A DNA stretch of 64,000 nucleotides from Octopus sinensis (taxonomy: Eukaryota), in the NCBI RefSeq assembly GCF_006345805.1, contig NC_043013.1, forward strand, positions 39,866,001 through 39,930,000, read 5' to 3'. Shown here piece by piece: positions 28,345 through 42,037 of this stretch. The notes beneath the pieces were generated by a model, which did not search any database, was not told the origin of the DNA, and saw nothing but the letters and a program-made list of their open reading frames with translations. The stretch's first letter is position 1. Each line of letters starts with the position of its first letter. The translations under genes and the position numbers were made by a program.

Positions 28345-28537
28345 AGGCGACGTTAGTGCACCGGACAAAATGCTTAACGACATTTTTTCCGGTTCTTTAC
28401 GTTCTGAGTTCAAATTCCGCCAAGGTCGACTTTACCTTTCACCATTTCGATAAAATAAGTACCGGTTGAGCACTGGGGTCAATATAACCGCTTATCCCAC
28501 TCCCCCCAAAAATAAGGCCTTCTGCCTATAGTAGAAA
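28345..28537 (+). mobile_element. SINE family B (tail Y)
   Basis: GTTCTGAGTTCAAATTCCGCC...GTCGACTTTACCTTTCA...GGCCTTCTGCCTATAGTAGAAA. Confidence 0.8.
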
Positions 28538-29085
28538 TGATAACTATTCAGTTCATTATTTTTATCATTATTATTTGGACTTGCCAGTCTCCTTATAAGG
28601 AAATCTTTCCATAGGAAAGAAAACAAAGGCATACTGTAGCGAGTGAAGAGATAACCTGCAATAAATTGGAGTCTACAGGGTCTTCTGATAACCAGGTTGT
28701 CTCCCATTGAGAAAGCACAGACGGTGCAATGTAAAAGACCCCGTTGTTATATGTGTGTTAGTGAAGGCCATTTGAGAACTTTCTGCTTGGACGAAGATGA
28801 AAACGAAAAGAGAAGTAAATGTGGCAAGTAGCTGCAGGGGAAGCAACAACGATTGCAATGGGTTCAAGAAGTGACGTGAAGGTCATTGTTGCTTGTATTG
28901 CTGTTTTCGCAGCAGCACCGGTTGCTGCTCCAAGTAAAGACAGAGCGATAGCAAACGAAATTGACTCATCTTTTGTATTACAAACACTAAGGGCATACAA
29001 TACGATAAGGTAACGAGAAGCTAAGGGCGCCCATCACTTAATGTACGACCGGTCAGAGACTACAAGCATCAATACCACACCATCA

Positions 29086-29505
29086 TCTTATTTCTTTATT
29101 GCCCACAAAGGGCTACACACAGACGGGACAAACATGGATAGACAAACGGATTAAGTCGATTATATCGACCCCAGTGCGTCACTGGTACTTATTTAATCGA
29201 CCCCGAAAGGATAAAATACAAAGTCGACGTCGGCAGAATTTGAACTTAGAACGTAGCGGCAGGCCAAAAACCTATTTCTTTACTATCCACAAGGAGCTAC
29301 ACACAGAGGGGACAAACAAGGACAGATAAATGGATTAAGTCGATTATATCGATCCCAGTGCGTAACTGGTAGTTAATTTATCGACCACGAAAGGATGAAA
29401 GGCAAAGTCGACCTCGGTGGAATTTGAACTCAGAACGTAACGGCAGACGAAATACGGCTACGCATTTCGCCCGGCGTGCTAATGTTTCTGCCAGCTCGCT
29501 GCCAT
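29086..29505 (-). mobile_element. Tandem dimer of SINE family B, both units with the Tx1-like tail X
   Basis: Full unit 29505-29273, then a second unit starting GGTTTTTGGCCTGCC; tails ...GTAGCCCTTTGTGGGCAATAAAGAAAT. Confidence 0.85.
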
Positions 29506-30357
29506 CTTGTGGAAGTAGGGAGAAGATGTGTCGACTGTAGACATGTAGTGAAATGTTTTTAGGAGCAGTAAGAAATGAAAGAACGTGTCAAAAATATGTT
29601 AGCCTCGATAAAAAGACACGAGGAAGAGGTTGGAATTGATTACATGAAGATGTCATCGGTGAGAACGTCCTACAGCGTCTCTCCATCCAGAAATAGAAAC
29701 CGTATAAACGAGGATTTAACAACATCCTCTCGTTGAAAAACTAAAACCATCCAAAGATAGAAAAATATTCAGTACAGTACAGAACAGAAATAAAGAACAT
29801 GATGAAAATATAAATTAAATAGTGCAAAATTCTAACTAGAGTAAAAAACACATGTACCTTCAAACTTCAAAAGCAACCTTGAAGGAATAAAATGATATAT
29901 TGATAAAAAAAAAAAAGCTCAGTAAATGATATACGTTATCGACTACGAAACGGAAATGTCAAAGACGGCTTGCGGCTGGATTTGAAGTTCAGCACATTCA
30001 GTGATTGTAACTCAACACCACGATGAATTTTGTCCTGTGCTCCGCCCTCCAATTCTGCTATTAGTGTTCTTACATTAAATGTAATATTGATTCCTATTTC
30101 AGGAACAAGGCCAGTAACAAGAGGAGGGGTGAGTCAGTTCTATTAATCTATGCACAGTATTTGATTGGTACTTATTCTATCGACTCTGGAATGTTGGCTA
30201 GCCAAGTCGTCCTCGATAGGGTGATTCGAACTCAGGATGTAAAACGCATATAAAACTCACAACTACGAGATCATCTGTTCGAAAATTTACCGACTCTCTC
30301 ATACATTGTCCCTCAATTTAAATGTTATATGTATACATATACATATACATATTTACT

Positions 30358-30449
<92 letters not shown>

Positions 30450-30912
30450 ATTCCTCAAAGTCTGCATCGCTTATCACATTTTGCTGCTTTTCCTGCGTCT
30501 CTGTCCCTTTTTATTCTCTCTTTTACATCAGGTGTTTGGTTGACATTTCTTCTTCCTGGATTGCAAACGCATACCCTTCAAAGTGGAAGTTAGTAATCCG
30601 CTTGTTGGTCTATATGAGATTGTTTTGATGATCATCTCAGAGCTTTCTACAAACATATCCATGCATTTATATGTGTTTGTATTTGTGTATTATGTGTATA
30701 TGTGTGTATGTTTATCGAAAATTATATAATTTAAATAATTAAATTTAACATTAAACTGGTGGAATTCTCCTGAGTAGAATTTATGTTTATAAAACTTTTA
30801 TAAGGGTAAGTATGATAGTAACTTCGAAGTTTCGTCTTGCTCACCTTCATTAGTTTGAGTATGTATGTATATGTGTATTAAATGTATGTATGTATTTGCC
30901 TGTGTATTTTTA

Positions 30913-31815
30913 TTAGGTCATCCCATAATAATGCGGTTCTTATACATCTTTTATTTTTTAAAATTAAGATAAAGTTCTTTTCTAATCTAAAATATACTCT
31001 CCTTCATTTTCTACAATGCTCTTCCATCAATCTGGTAAACTTGCGAGGCCTCTCTTCCAAAATTCACTTGTCCGTCGCGAAAAATCCTCCTCCGGTACTA
31101 CATGATTCATATTTTTCCGTTCAAATGATTTTGAAGACTTTGGAATAAATGGCAATCAGATGTGGCAATGTCTGGCAAATATGGTGGGTAGAGCATCGTT
31201 CCCCATTCAAACTGCTCCAGCCTTTGGAATGATATCCTTGATGTATGTGTCAGAGCATTATCCTGATGGAAGAACACCTTTCGTCTTGAAACCAAAGATG
31301 ACCGTTTTCCGATTGTTCGCAAGTGTCGATGAATGGTTGAATGACCGAATCCAAGCTTTTCTGTTAGTTTCTCAACAGTTACGATGGAATTTTGTTCCAC
31401 CAGGGTTTGCAGGTTGTCTTTGTCCTGCAAACTCTGATCTTCCAGGACGAGGCTCGTCTTCTTGATTGTAGTTTCCCGCTCGGAATTTCTGAAACTACCG
31501 TTGACACTGGATTACGCTTATCGTCCGATCTCCATATACTGCATTACTATTCATCGTACTTTCCGTTGCATCGTTACCTTTATTGAACTCATAAAGCAAA
31601 ATATGCCGAATATGCTCCTTTGTCACTTCAATTATAACTTTGAAAAAATATGTTAAAATCGAACTGCACTCTTCAAAACTTGCACTAAGAATAAGCACAA
31701 GGTAAAATTACTACCTGCTTTTATAGCAAGTGGATGCAGGTAGTTTATTTGCTCCCCTTCCGACTTTTCGTTCATGTAATTAAAAAAAAAATGTATTATT
31801 TATGGGATGACCCAA
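30913..31815 (-). mobile_element. Internally deleted mariner transposon
   Basis: TA|TTAGGTCATCCCATAA ... TTATGGGATGACCCAA|TA. Transposase remnants HIRHILLYEFNKG (HTH), FFHQDNA and YPPYLPDIATSDCHLF (DD34D C-terminal half); the WVPH region and first catalytic D are deleted. Confidence 0.95.
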
Positions 31816-32566
31816 TATATATATACATACATACACATATCTGCACGTATATGTATATATTATGTATATAGGTATATATATATATATATATATAGTTGCT
31901 ATTATGCAAAACCGGCTATTGCAAGCAAAAATGAATATTAAAAAACAACGCATTTGGCCATATTTGGACATACGACAGTTAAACCTAACAGCAACGATAT
32001 ATAACAGATAACATTTTCTTCTTTCCTTGGAGAATTTCATAAATATGTCTTTCTTTCTAATTTAACACCCTCTAACATCTCTCTATCACCACTACCACCA
32101 CGAATAACAACAACAATAACAAAAACAACAACACAGGCAACAACAACAACAACAAATACGGCAAAATGATGAAACTGAAATATTAATAAAAGCTATCACG
32201 AGATTGCTTCGAATCCCTACTGCACCATCTAAAGTAAATATGCATACAACAAGAACAACAACAACTATAATAAATCAAATAACGAACATCATTTAGTGCG
32301 GGATTGCACTTTTCAATCAATTGCCTACCACAGAAAAAATGTCTCAGTCAGACGACTTTTTTTACCCCTCCAACCTTTCCCTCTCTCCTCTTCTTTCGTT
32401 CTTTATATATGTGTGTATGTCTGTGCATATAAACATATATATATATATGCCTCTTTCTATGTATCTGTCTACCTACCTACCTGCTTTCCTTTCCATTTCT
32501 CTGTCTGTCTGCCTATCTGTCAATCAATCAGTCTTTCTATCTATCAGTCTATCTATTTATCCATCC

Positions 32567-32624
<58 letters not shown>

Positions 32625-33183
32625 ACAACATCAATATAATAATGAATCTCCAAATGGTTCCTCCAGTCTTAGCTAGAATTTCTCTTTGAACAACATTGAA
32701 TATAAGCGAATTGTTTCGTCAGACGCAATAACTGATATTAACCAAATTTTTCTGGCATTTGAAATCAAATCGGTATTTTTTATAGTTATGTGTATTCGCT
32801 GTTATTTGATTTTCTTCTTGTTCTCATTTTCTTTTTTTATTTCGTTTTCTCTTTCCGCTATTATTTTGTGTGTTAATGCTGTTGTGTCTTCTTGTTGTTT
32901 TTGATGCTGGTGGTGGTGGTGGTAGTGGCGATGATGCTGCTGCTGCTGTTGCTGCTGGTGCTGGTGGTGCTGGTTGTGTTCTTGTCGCTTTCCAACCATT
33001 TTAATCTCGAATAGTTTTTTTCCCGCCACTGTCACTTACTTAAACGTTGTCGTCTGCCACTCACTCGACACCAACCGTTTCAATATCATTTGATGCCATT
33101 TATGCTGTGTTCAATCTTTATGTTTCTGCTGTGATGACGTCAATATTTTCGAATGTATGTGTGTGTGAGTGTGTGTGAGAGAG

Positions 33184-33318
33184 AGGTAGAGAGAGACAGG
33201 TAGAGAGAGAGAGAGACAGGTAGAGAGAGAGAGAGACAGGTAGAGAGAGAGAGAGACAGGTAGAGAGAGAGAGAGACAGGTAGAGAGAGAGAGAGACAGG
33301 TAGAGAGAGAGAGAGAGA
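33184..33318 (+). repeat. 20-bp minisatellite (GGTAGAGAGAGAGAGAGACA) x ~6
   Basis: Exact period-20 repeat. A ~28-30-bp CTCTGTTGCTCTCTCACCCT.. x4 array follows at 33449-33570. Confidence 0.9.
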
Positions 33319-34320
33319 CTGTTTCACTTTCTTCCTCTTCCCCTCTCTCTTTTCTTCCTTCTCTTTCTCGTTTACTAAACATTTCTTTTTCCCATTGACT
33401 CTTGCACTGTCTTTATTGTTGCTCCAGACTGACTCTCTCTCTCTCTCTCTCTGTGTTGCTCTCTCACCCTCCCTCTCTCTCGCTCTCTGTTGCTCTCTCA
33501 CCCTCCCTCTCTCTCTCTCTGTTGCTCTCTCACCCTCCCTCTCTCTCTCTGTTGCTCTCTCACCCTCTCTCTCTCTCTCTCTCTCTGCTCTCTTTGAATC
33601 TCTCTGTTGCGCTCTTTCTCTCTCTTCCTTTCAGTTGCTCCTCCTTTTTTCAATAGCTCTCCCTCTCTACCTCTTTCCCAACTCTTTCCCTCTCTTTGTC
33701 TTAATGCATAAGTCCTAAATTGCTTTGATGTGCCAAGTGGATAGCTATACGCATGAGTGAAAATACTGCAATGGTTTCCCGCCTATCTGCAAACCAGCAG
33801 GATCTTGACATTGAGCTTATAAAAACTCCCCTGAGAAATACAGTGACATCTACAGATCTGCAGGGACCCAGTAGCCTGACTCAATGACATATCACTCCAG
33901 CAATCATACCTTCTAACATTCTTTTATACCTCATTCAAACATACGATCTCACATTTTAAATTTCATGGTAGTCCTTCGTCTTACAGAACATTTTAGGGTA
34001 ACTTTAGGATCCTTACAGTCCTGAGTGTATACCAACCACTCAGTCTATGAGGGCCTACCATACAGAATAGGCCCTGGTCTTTGCAAGTTCGAGATGAAGC
34101 AACATCCAACAAACACCCTGTTCCATGCGATCTGTTGGACTAGGCTTTTTTTGAAAAGTGGGCCGTATGAGTTATCCTCATCATCAGGAACGCTGTACTA
34201 CTAAATCAAATCGTTAGTCCTGGGCTGTCCGATCATTTATGAGAAAATTTGGCTGACAGAAACTTTGTGGAAGCTATCGTACATACATATGTATATATAT
34301 ACAAGCTTACATAATGTGTG

Positions 34321-34365
<45 letters not shown>

Positions 34366-34373
34366 GTGTGCGC

Positions 34374-34415
<42 letters not shown>

Positions 34416-34622
34416 ATGTGTGCGTCGAAAGAAATTGTTGGCATATTTGGTGTTTTAATAATTTTGTATGTTATCTAATATTATATTCATAGTATATTAT
34501 ATCATATTGTGATATAAATAAATTATTAGGTTGTCGATTGACACACCAGTGAATTGGATATTTTGCACACCCCTTTGAAAGAATTCCTTTCCTTGGTTTG
34601 TTACTTTTACACGCACACACAC

Positions 34623-34661
<39 letters not shown>

Positions 34662-34691
34662 TGTGTGTGTGTGTGTGTGTATGCGTGTGTC

Positions 34692-35386
34692 AGTTGAAAA
34701 TGCACTGAGACTAGTTAATATATTTTTATTAATATATTTAAAGCTTTAACCGGTTTCACAATTTACACTGATTTTCAAAATCATTTAGTATCTGTCCGGA
34801 CTACATACAAACGACTCCTGTCCATTCTCCTACCAGACAGATTAAATTTGGAGTGCCTTGATTGTAAGTAAACATGTTCACTCAACTGTGTCGGCCTTCT
34901 TTTTAGGCGCAAAATATACTGTCACGTGACATTAATGCACGAACGTAGCGGGAAACGTGCAAAAGATTATAAACTTAATCATGTGTTCAGAAAACATTCA
35001 TAACATTGACTGTTTAGACATGTTCAGTCAACCGTGTCAACCTTAACTTACGACGCCAAACAATGTCACTAGATTCTAACACACGGACGTAGCGGGTAAT
35101 CTACAAAAACGTCTAAGACTAGTCATGTGACTATCCGCAGCCAATCAAATCCTATTCAAGACATATACTAATTTGAGCCATGAACTCCCCATAAAAATAG
35201 GGCAAGCTTCAAAAACTGGTCAGAAGCAAGACAGCTGCGTCATAAGCCACGTCTTTCTACTTCATTTTTTTGAAAATCAATGTAAACTGTGAAACCGGTT
35301 AACGCTTTATATTAATAACAAATATTTTACCTATTCTCAGTGCATTTTCAACTAATATTTTTCTACCCGTGTGGAATAAAATAACT

Positions 35387-35390
<4 letters not shown>
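34692..35390. mobile_element. Penelope-like remnant with ~88-bp inverted repeats and an internal diverged duplication
   Basis: 34692-34780 is the imperfect reverse complement of 35268-35353; both contain TTGAAAA...GAAACCGGTT. 34871-34985 resembles 35016-35129. Confidence 0.55.
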
Positions 35391-35427
<37 letters not shown>

Positions 35428-35430
<3 letters not shown>

Positions 35431-36313
35431 TGGTCTGATCAATAGGTAACTGGACTTTTGCTATAGTAACAAAACTAAAGCAGGCATAGTGGAGCTGCTT
35501 GACACAGATTGAATATAAACTTTGCTGTGCATGCGCACTAAGTTTTAAAGTTCTAGCTCAATACCGCTGTTTACAGCAGTGCTTAGAAGGAAGGTGTGTA
35601 GCGTGTGATCGCCACATTGCCCATTGCAGAGAAAGTTGAGCAGAGAATCTGCAGTAAATTTTGCCAAAAGTATGGCGATACCTGCTCAGAAGCCTATGCA
35701 AAGTTTTCAAAAAATTTTCTTTCTTCTCGAAACAGTCAATGAGATCTTGTGCAACTGAAACCCGGGTGTCCTTTTGGTCAGCTGAATGCAGTTTTGGCAC
35801 AGACTTGGCAGACACGCGTCTCTGGCCCAAATCTTCAGTGATAATGGACTGAACTGAACTGTAACTAATCTGCACATCTTCTTATAACTCACGGATGGGG
35901 ATTCGACGATTTCTTCTCACAGCTGCACACACAACTGCGATGTTTTTCTCAGTTCTGCTGGTTGCGAATCTCCCAGAACGTTCGTCAATATCGACATTTT
36001 ATCGGCCAACTTGAAAACATCGTACAGCGATGTGTGGCTCACACACTGCTCTCAATACACTTTCCGCAACTTTGCGAAGGCCTCTGAGCAGGTGTCGTCA
36101 TGAAAACTTTCCCTGTCATAGTCAATGCGTCGATCGCGCGCTACACACGTTCCTTACAAGCACTGCTGTAAACAGCGGAAGTGATCTAGAACGTTAAAAC
36201 TTTGTGCGCTTGAACAACAGAGTTCCAGGTCAATCTGTGCCCATCAACATTTCTCTGTATGCTTTAGCTTCGTTAGTATGGCAACAATCCGGATACTTAT
36301 TGATCAGACCTCG
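35428..36313 (-). mobile_element. Complete non-autonomous mariner fold-back element with two 5' ends
   Basis: TIRs CATTGGTCTGATCAATAGGTAACTGGAC / ATCCGGATACTTATTGATCAGACCTCG, ~250-280-bp inverted arms, and an HTH-coding middle. Confidence 0.9.
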
Positions 36314-36429
36314 TGCAGATATATATATATATATGTTAAATTCAAAGGAAATAATTTTATTCTCAGACGCGGGATAATGCTAATAATATAGCATGAACAG
36401 GATAAACTATCCATATTTTGCAGAAAAAG

Positions 36430-36470
<41 letters not shown>

Positions 36471-36770
36471 TATGTATGTACGTATGTACACACACACACA
36501 CACACACGTATGTACGTATGTACGTATGTATGTATGTATGGATGGATGGATGGATGGATGGAGGGATCAAAACAGTGTGATTCAATATCTTTGGTACTAT
36601 GAATGTTGCTAGTCTTCGGCCATTTAGTGAGACTCGATGGCCGAAGACTAGTGACACGCTTGAAACTCAGAGTACCTAAGGAGTTTGAATCAAACAGTTT
36701 TGATCCATACATGTAAAATCCAATAAATGTGTCGAGTGCCCTTCCTTCGTTCATGTACTCACTCGTATGC

Positions 36771-36820
<50 letters not shown>

Positions 36821-37076
36821 TGTGTAGGCTTCTACGAAATTTCTGTCAACCAAATTGTTTCATGAATAATTGCTGGGCTTAAAACTGCAATAGAAGACAT
36901 TTGCCAAAGCTACCGCAAAATACGACTGAACTTGAAGCCATGTGATTGCGAAGCGAACTTCTAACCGATACGGCCACGACTGCACTTCTATTATTTTTCC
37001 ATCTAATTTTCTTTCTCTGTGTGCGTGCGTGCACGCGTGTATGTGTGTGCGAGTGAGTGAGTGTGTGTGTGTGTGT

Positions 37077-37120
<44 letters not shown>

Positions 37121-37469
37121 TGTTTGAGTGTTCTGTAATGGTTCGCTGCTCTAAATGCTTGATCAATCGACGAGAAAAATGTCTGACATGAGTTCTTTTG
37201 TAACAGTTTCAGCCAAGAAATTTCACAACTTCCATATTTACATTTAAATTTGCATTTTATTTACGTTGTTTGTCTGAAGTGTTTGTGACTTGAGGTGTGC
37301 AGTTTCATGTTGGGGAGGTTTTTAGTTCGTGACTGTCTGGCTACGACGTTTGCTTTGTAACCATGTGGTTTTAGGTTCAATCTCGCTTCGCGGCACATTG
37401 TGTACAGGCTTCCTACTATAGTCGCGGGCCGACCAGTACTTTTTGAGGGAACTAGGTAGACAGAAACAG

Positions 37470-37690
37470 TAGCAAAAACGTTAGCACGCCGGGCGAAATG
37501 CGTAGCCGTATTTCGTCTGCTGCTACGTTCTGAGTTCAAATTCCGCCAAGGTCGACTTTGCCTTTCATCCTTTCGGCGTCGATAAATTAAGTGCCAGTTA
37601 CGCACTAGGATCGATGTAATCGACTTAATCCTTTTGTTTGTCCTTGTTTGTCCCCTCTATGTTTAGCCTCTTGTGGGCAATAAATAAGAA
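37470..37690 (+). mobile_element. SINE family B (tail X) directly after a SINE A 5' half (37340-37467)
   Basis: ACGTTAGCACGCCGGGCGAAATGC...GCCTTTCATCCTTTCG...TTGTGGGCAATAAATAAG. Confidence 0.85.
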
Positions 37691-38332
37691 ACAGTGTGGA
37701 TGCCAGTCATATGCTCGTATGTGTGTGTGTGTGTGTGCGTGTGTGCTTATGCGTGTATATGTGCGTATGTGTATGTATGTGCGTCAGCCCACCTAGCCAG
37801 TGTTATGTACGCATGTGTGTGTGTGCGTGTGCTTGTGTGCGTGCGTGTGTGTGTGTCAAGCCAATGTGTGTGTATGCATGAAACCAGTGTTGCTTTGTTA
37901 ATGTCCCTGTAATTTAGCGCTCCGGCGAAACACACCGATAGAATAAGTACCACTCACACACACACACACACACACACACAAGTACACGTACACACACGCG
38001 CATACACGCACACATACACACGCACACATACAGTAAGGAAAATCGATGGAAAATATTAGAAACGCAGACAAGGCCCGTGTCGTTTCGAAGTTTGCTTCGT
38101 AATCACATGACTTAAAATAGGTACCAAAGTGCATTTATTCGACTTATCGAACAAAGAGGTGTTCCAGCATTGCCGCAATCCAATAACAGAAACAAATGAC
38201 ATATTAAAGGAGCAATAAATTTTAACTTTTTTATTAGAATACCTAGTTAGGTGTGGTGCATTTGTTTCGGTTTATATGAGTTCTCTAACGATACATGAAT
38301 CCAATCTCAATCTATTGTGCTTTTAGTTCGTA

Positions 38333-38723
38333 CTAGCAGTATCGCCCGGCGTTGCTCGGGTTTGTAAGGGAAATAACTATATAAGCATTTTTAGAGATGT
38401 AAAGTATAATAGCTATCTCAATATGGCTAACCACAAAGGGGGGGGGGGTGTTACTGTAACTTTTTACGTTCTGAGATTTAATAATACATTTTTAGAGAGT
38501 TAATTCCCTTATATAATAGCAAAAAAATGCATTAAAAATGGGAAAAAAATGATGGTAAATTTTTTTTTTAAATCGTAGACGCGCGCTAATACCCAGCAGG
38601 GCTCGATGTGAATCACGACTACAAGATACCCGGTTTTGGTTACACTGCACCGCAAAATGTGGGAGTAGTTAGGAATCTAAATCGTAGGAGACAGACACAC
38701 AACTTCACTTTTATATATAAAGA
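38333..38723 (-). mobile_element. Non-autonomous Helitron
   Basis: Minus strand: A|TCTTTATATATAAAAGTG ... CCCGAGCAACGCCGGG hairpin ... CTGCTAG|T. Canonical 5'-TC, 3'-CTAG and A^T insertion site. Confidence 0.9.
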
Positions 38724-39856
38724 TTACTACGCTATAAATGCGGTTTGTATTCCTTTATTGGGCATTGTATCAGTGGCATCTATGTAAATGAATTTGTTCT
38801 TGTATTATTCCGCAGCTTGTTCTATAAAAATATTCCAGTATCTATTATTAACTTATGCTTGTTTAGCTTTCAAGACTTTTCTCTTATTTAAAGCTGCTTC
38901 TGGGAATGAAAATTTCAAGGAATTTTAGTACGGACATTTTATGTCTGTGGAGACATTGACATGAAACATTAAACATGTGCATTGTGTAAAATTCATGACA
39001 CAGACTGTGACAGAGGACTCATAAGTATAACATTTACTTGTCGGTGACTACACATTTATAACGTGGAGCCATTACAGCGCATTTTAATGCAGAACACGAA
39101 ACACAACGACATCGAAAAACATTAGCTGATAATACTAGCATCATATAGTGAATTCCATCGAAAAGAAAAGAGAAAATAAAAAAAAAACACATTAACTTTA
39201 GAAGCTTCACTAATTGCAACCTACAAACAAAAAAATCAATAGAGAGTAAACTAGAAATATGCTATGAAAGAAAGCAGTAGTTAACCAGTGATAATGATTT
39301 TGTCAGTTATAGCGTAATTCCTATGTTCCCTCGTTGTCTACAACAAAACGCGACAAGAACCCGCCACCATCATCCAGGTTCCGTCATTTGAGCATAGAGA
39401 AAAGGGTCCACCACAAAGTGTTTTTCAGGGCAGAATACACCATGAAGCAAATAATAAAATATAGTGCTTTTTTAAAAAAAGGATTTCACAGAGTTGAAAA
39501 TTTGCGTTTTTTCTGTTGCTCTGTTCTATGTTCTAACCGAAAAGTTCTGTTGTGGTGGTCATCTCTGCCCACCCCATTACTTGAGTTTTGATGTACCGTG
39601 ATCAGTTGGTAACCCTTTGACCCTCTATAAATTTGTCTTGCATTGTATAACTTGAAGCTAAACATACATACGGAAATAGTCAATCGAACTGAATGTAGTA
39701 AATATTTTCTGCGGGTCAACGGTGGGATAAAATGTCGAATCTAATGGACAGGATTTGAACTCATTCATTAATCAATGAAATTAATGCTCACAGTGTTATC
39801 ATCTGGGCCACCCCTACAAGCCGGATACAAAAAAATTACAACAAATTGTAGTGAGG

Positions 39857-40075
39857 TAATAATAATAATAATAATAACAACAACAACAGTAGTAGTAGTA
39901 GTAGTAGTATAGTAGTAGTAGTAGTATAGTAGTAGTAGTAGTAGTAGCAGCAGCAGCAGTAGTAGTAGTAGAGCAGCAGCAGCAGTAGTAGTAGAGCAGC
40001 AGCAGCAGCAGCAGCAACAGTAGTAGTAGAGCAGCAGCAGCAGCAACAGTAGTAGTAGAGCAGCAGCAGCAGCAG
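39857..40075 (+). repeat. Compound (TAA)/(CAA)/(TAG)/(CAG) microsatellite with higher-order units
   Basis: Direct inspection. Confidence 0.9.
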
Positions 40076-42037
40076 AATTGGTCAACAAAGAATTCGTCCC
40101 AAGAAAAAGAACACCTCTATCTTATATGTTTTTGCATGAAGAATTCAAAAATAATGTCAAATTATCAGTATCGCCCACAGTTTCTTTGTTCTAAGATATC
40201 CCTCTCAGTTCTTGTTGCGTGAGCTAAATTTCAGTTAAGCTGTTGAAATGTGAAGCTAACGGTGTTAGAGATACTCCTAATTTAAATGTTTATGAATAGA
40301 ATTAACCTAATAACATCATAAATCTAGCTATCTGAGTCAATGAATCACTGAAGCTTGGCAACACTGAGTCGATGAGTCACTGATGCTTTGTCAGTACTGT
40401 GCTTGAAGTGTTGGCGTGCAGTTGTGTACTAAGTTCACATATTCCATTCCGCTTCATAACGCCACGAAACTGTATAAACATCGCCAACAGTTTTTGCTAT
40501 ATTTGCGGTGACTTAACATTTAAGTCACAAAGTTGACGTTTCATGCCATTGGTTAAAAAGTACTATGAGCATTATTTTGACTGCAAATTGCGTGACCGGG
40601 ATAAAAGCTGGGCCCATTATGTGTGTTGTGTAACGTGTACCAGGCTCTCAGTACATGGGCCAAAGGTTCACGCCATATGCCTTTTACCATCCCTATAGTT
40701 TAGAGAGAGCCCAAAGATCACACTTCAGATTGCTACTTCTGCATGACGAATATATAAGATATAACATTAAAATCCAAGCATACTATAAAATATCCTAATT
40801 TACAATCTTCTATGAGACCAGTACTTCACAGTCAATACTTACCTGTAACTGACCCTCCAAAACAAATGACATTTAGTGAAGACGAGTCAAGTGATGAAGA
40901 TGTGGAGAAAGAAACAGAAGACATGGAGTTTGAGCCTAGCTGTTCTTCAAGTAAACCACATTTGTTGAGTCAGGGAGATCTGAACGATTTTGTCGAAAAA
41001 GCAAGCCGAACTCCTTGGTTCCAGGTTAAATGGCTGGAATTTTCTCGAGAAAGAGACCAAAGTTAGTTTTAATTGTGCTTGGCATTGTGATTTTGAAAAT
41101 TGTTTCTCACTTGATGATGGTGAGATGTTTTGTAATGATGTATATGGGTTAAACCATGTCTTGTTGCTTTTTCTGTGAGTGAGACAGTCGGGATAAGAAA
41201 ATCATGAAAAGGATGCGTGACTGAAACGATCTCTGACTCCTGAGCAGAAGAATGTCATCAATCCTCCCCTTGTTGATTCTGAGAAAATTTATCTGCCTCC
41301 TTTGCATATAAAGCGAGGGTTGATGAAGAATTTCGTCAAAGGTATGGATAGAACTGGCAAGGGATTCACTTATTTGAAAACTAAATTTTCAAGTGTAAGT
41401 GACCCCAAAATCAAGGAAGGTATTTTTGTTAGGCCCCGGATTAGGGAGCTGATGAGGGATCAAAGTTTGATGAAGAGCTCAATAATGTTGAAAAAGCTGC
41501 GTGGCTGTCATTTAAGAAAGTTCGCAGAGAGTCTGGAGGAATCAGAGAGCAGAGAACTATTCTGACATTGTGAAAGAGCTACTGACATCATACAGGGCCT
41601 TCGGATGCAATATGAGCCTAAAAATCCATTTCTTGAACTCTCACTTGGACTTTTTTCCTGCAAATCTTAGGGCTGTCAGTGACGAGCACGGCGGGAGATT
41701 TCACCAGGACACACTGAAGATGAAAACCCGGCACCAAGGAAAGTGGAGCTCTTCTGTGTTGGCTGATTATTGCTGGTCACTAAAAAGGGACGTTCCAGAA
41801 GCTAAATATAGTCGAAAATCATACATCTCTACGTTTTAAGGGTAAGTTTACTTGTAATATCAGCCTGATTTTTGAATTCATGAAACACAATCAATTAACA
41901 ATTAACACATACTATCACAGAACAACTGACTTTAGAAAAAATCTGAAAACACACTTGAATTCTGCAGATAAAAGGCTATGAAGTTCACCTACTTTCGTTC
42001 GTGGGAGACACTGTTTCATTAATTCTGTTGACCAATT
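40076..42037 (+). mobile_element. Chapaev3-type (CMC) DNA transposon, decayed and internally deleted
   Basis: TIRs AATTGGTCAACA / TGTTGACCAATT. Transposase remnants ~40460-41839: NSFCYICG, REPKDHTSDCYFC, SKKQAELLGSRL, PPLHIK.GLMKNFVK, MSLKIHFLNSHLDFFP, VSDEHG.RFHQD, LADYCW. Confidence 0.88.

Noticed and set aside
28560-29080. Possible decayed RTE 3' end or host exon
   Set aside because: Only vague similarity; no convincing motif or splice structure.
30818-30860. Minus-strand CTAATGA...GACGAAAC hammerhead-like words
   Set aside because: G5 is mutated and stems I and II do not pair convincingly.
33184-33570. Regular repeats resembling a CRISPR array
   Set aside because: No unique spacers; GA/CT-derived minisatellites in eukaryotic DNA.
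33720-34260. Complex-looking sequence, possible integrase or exon remnant
   Set aside because: Stops in the frames examined and no recognisable motif.
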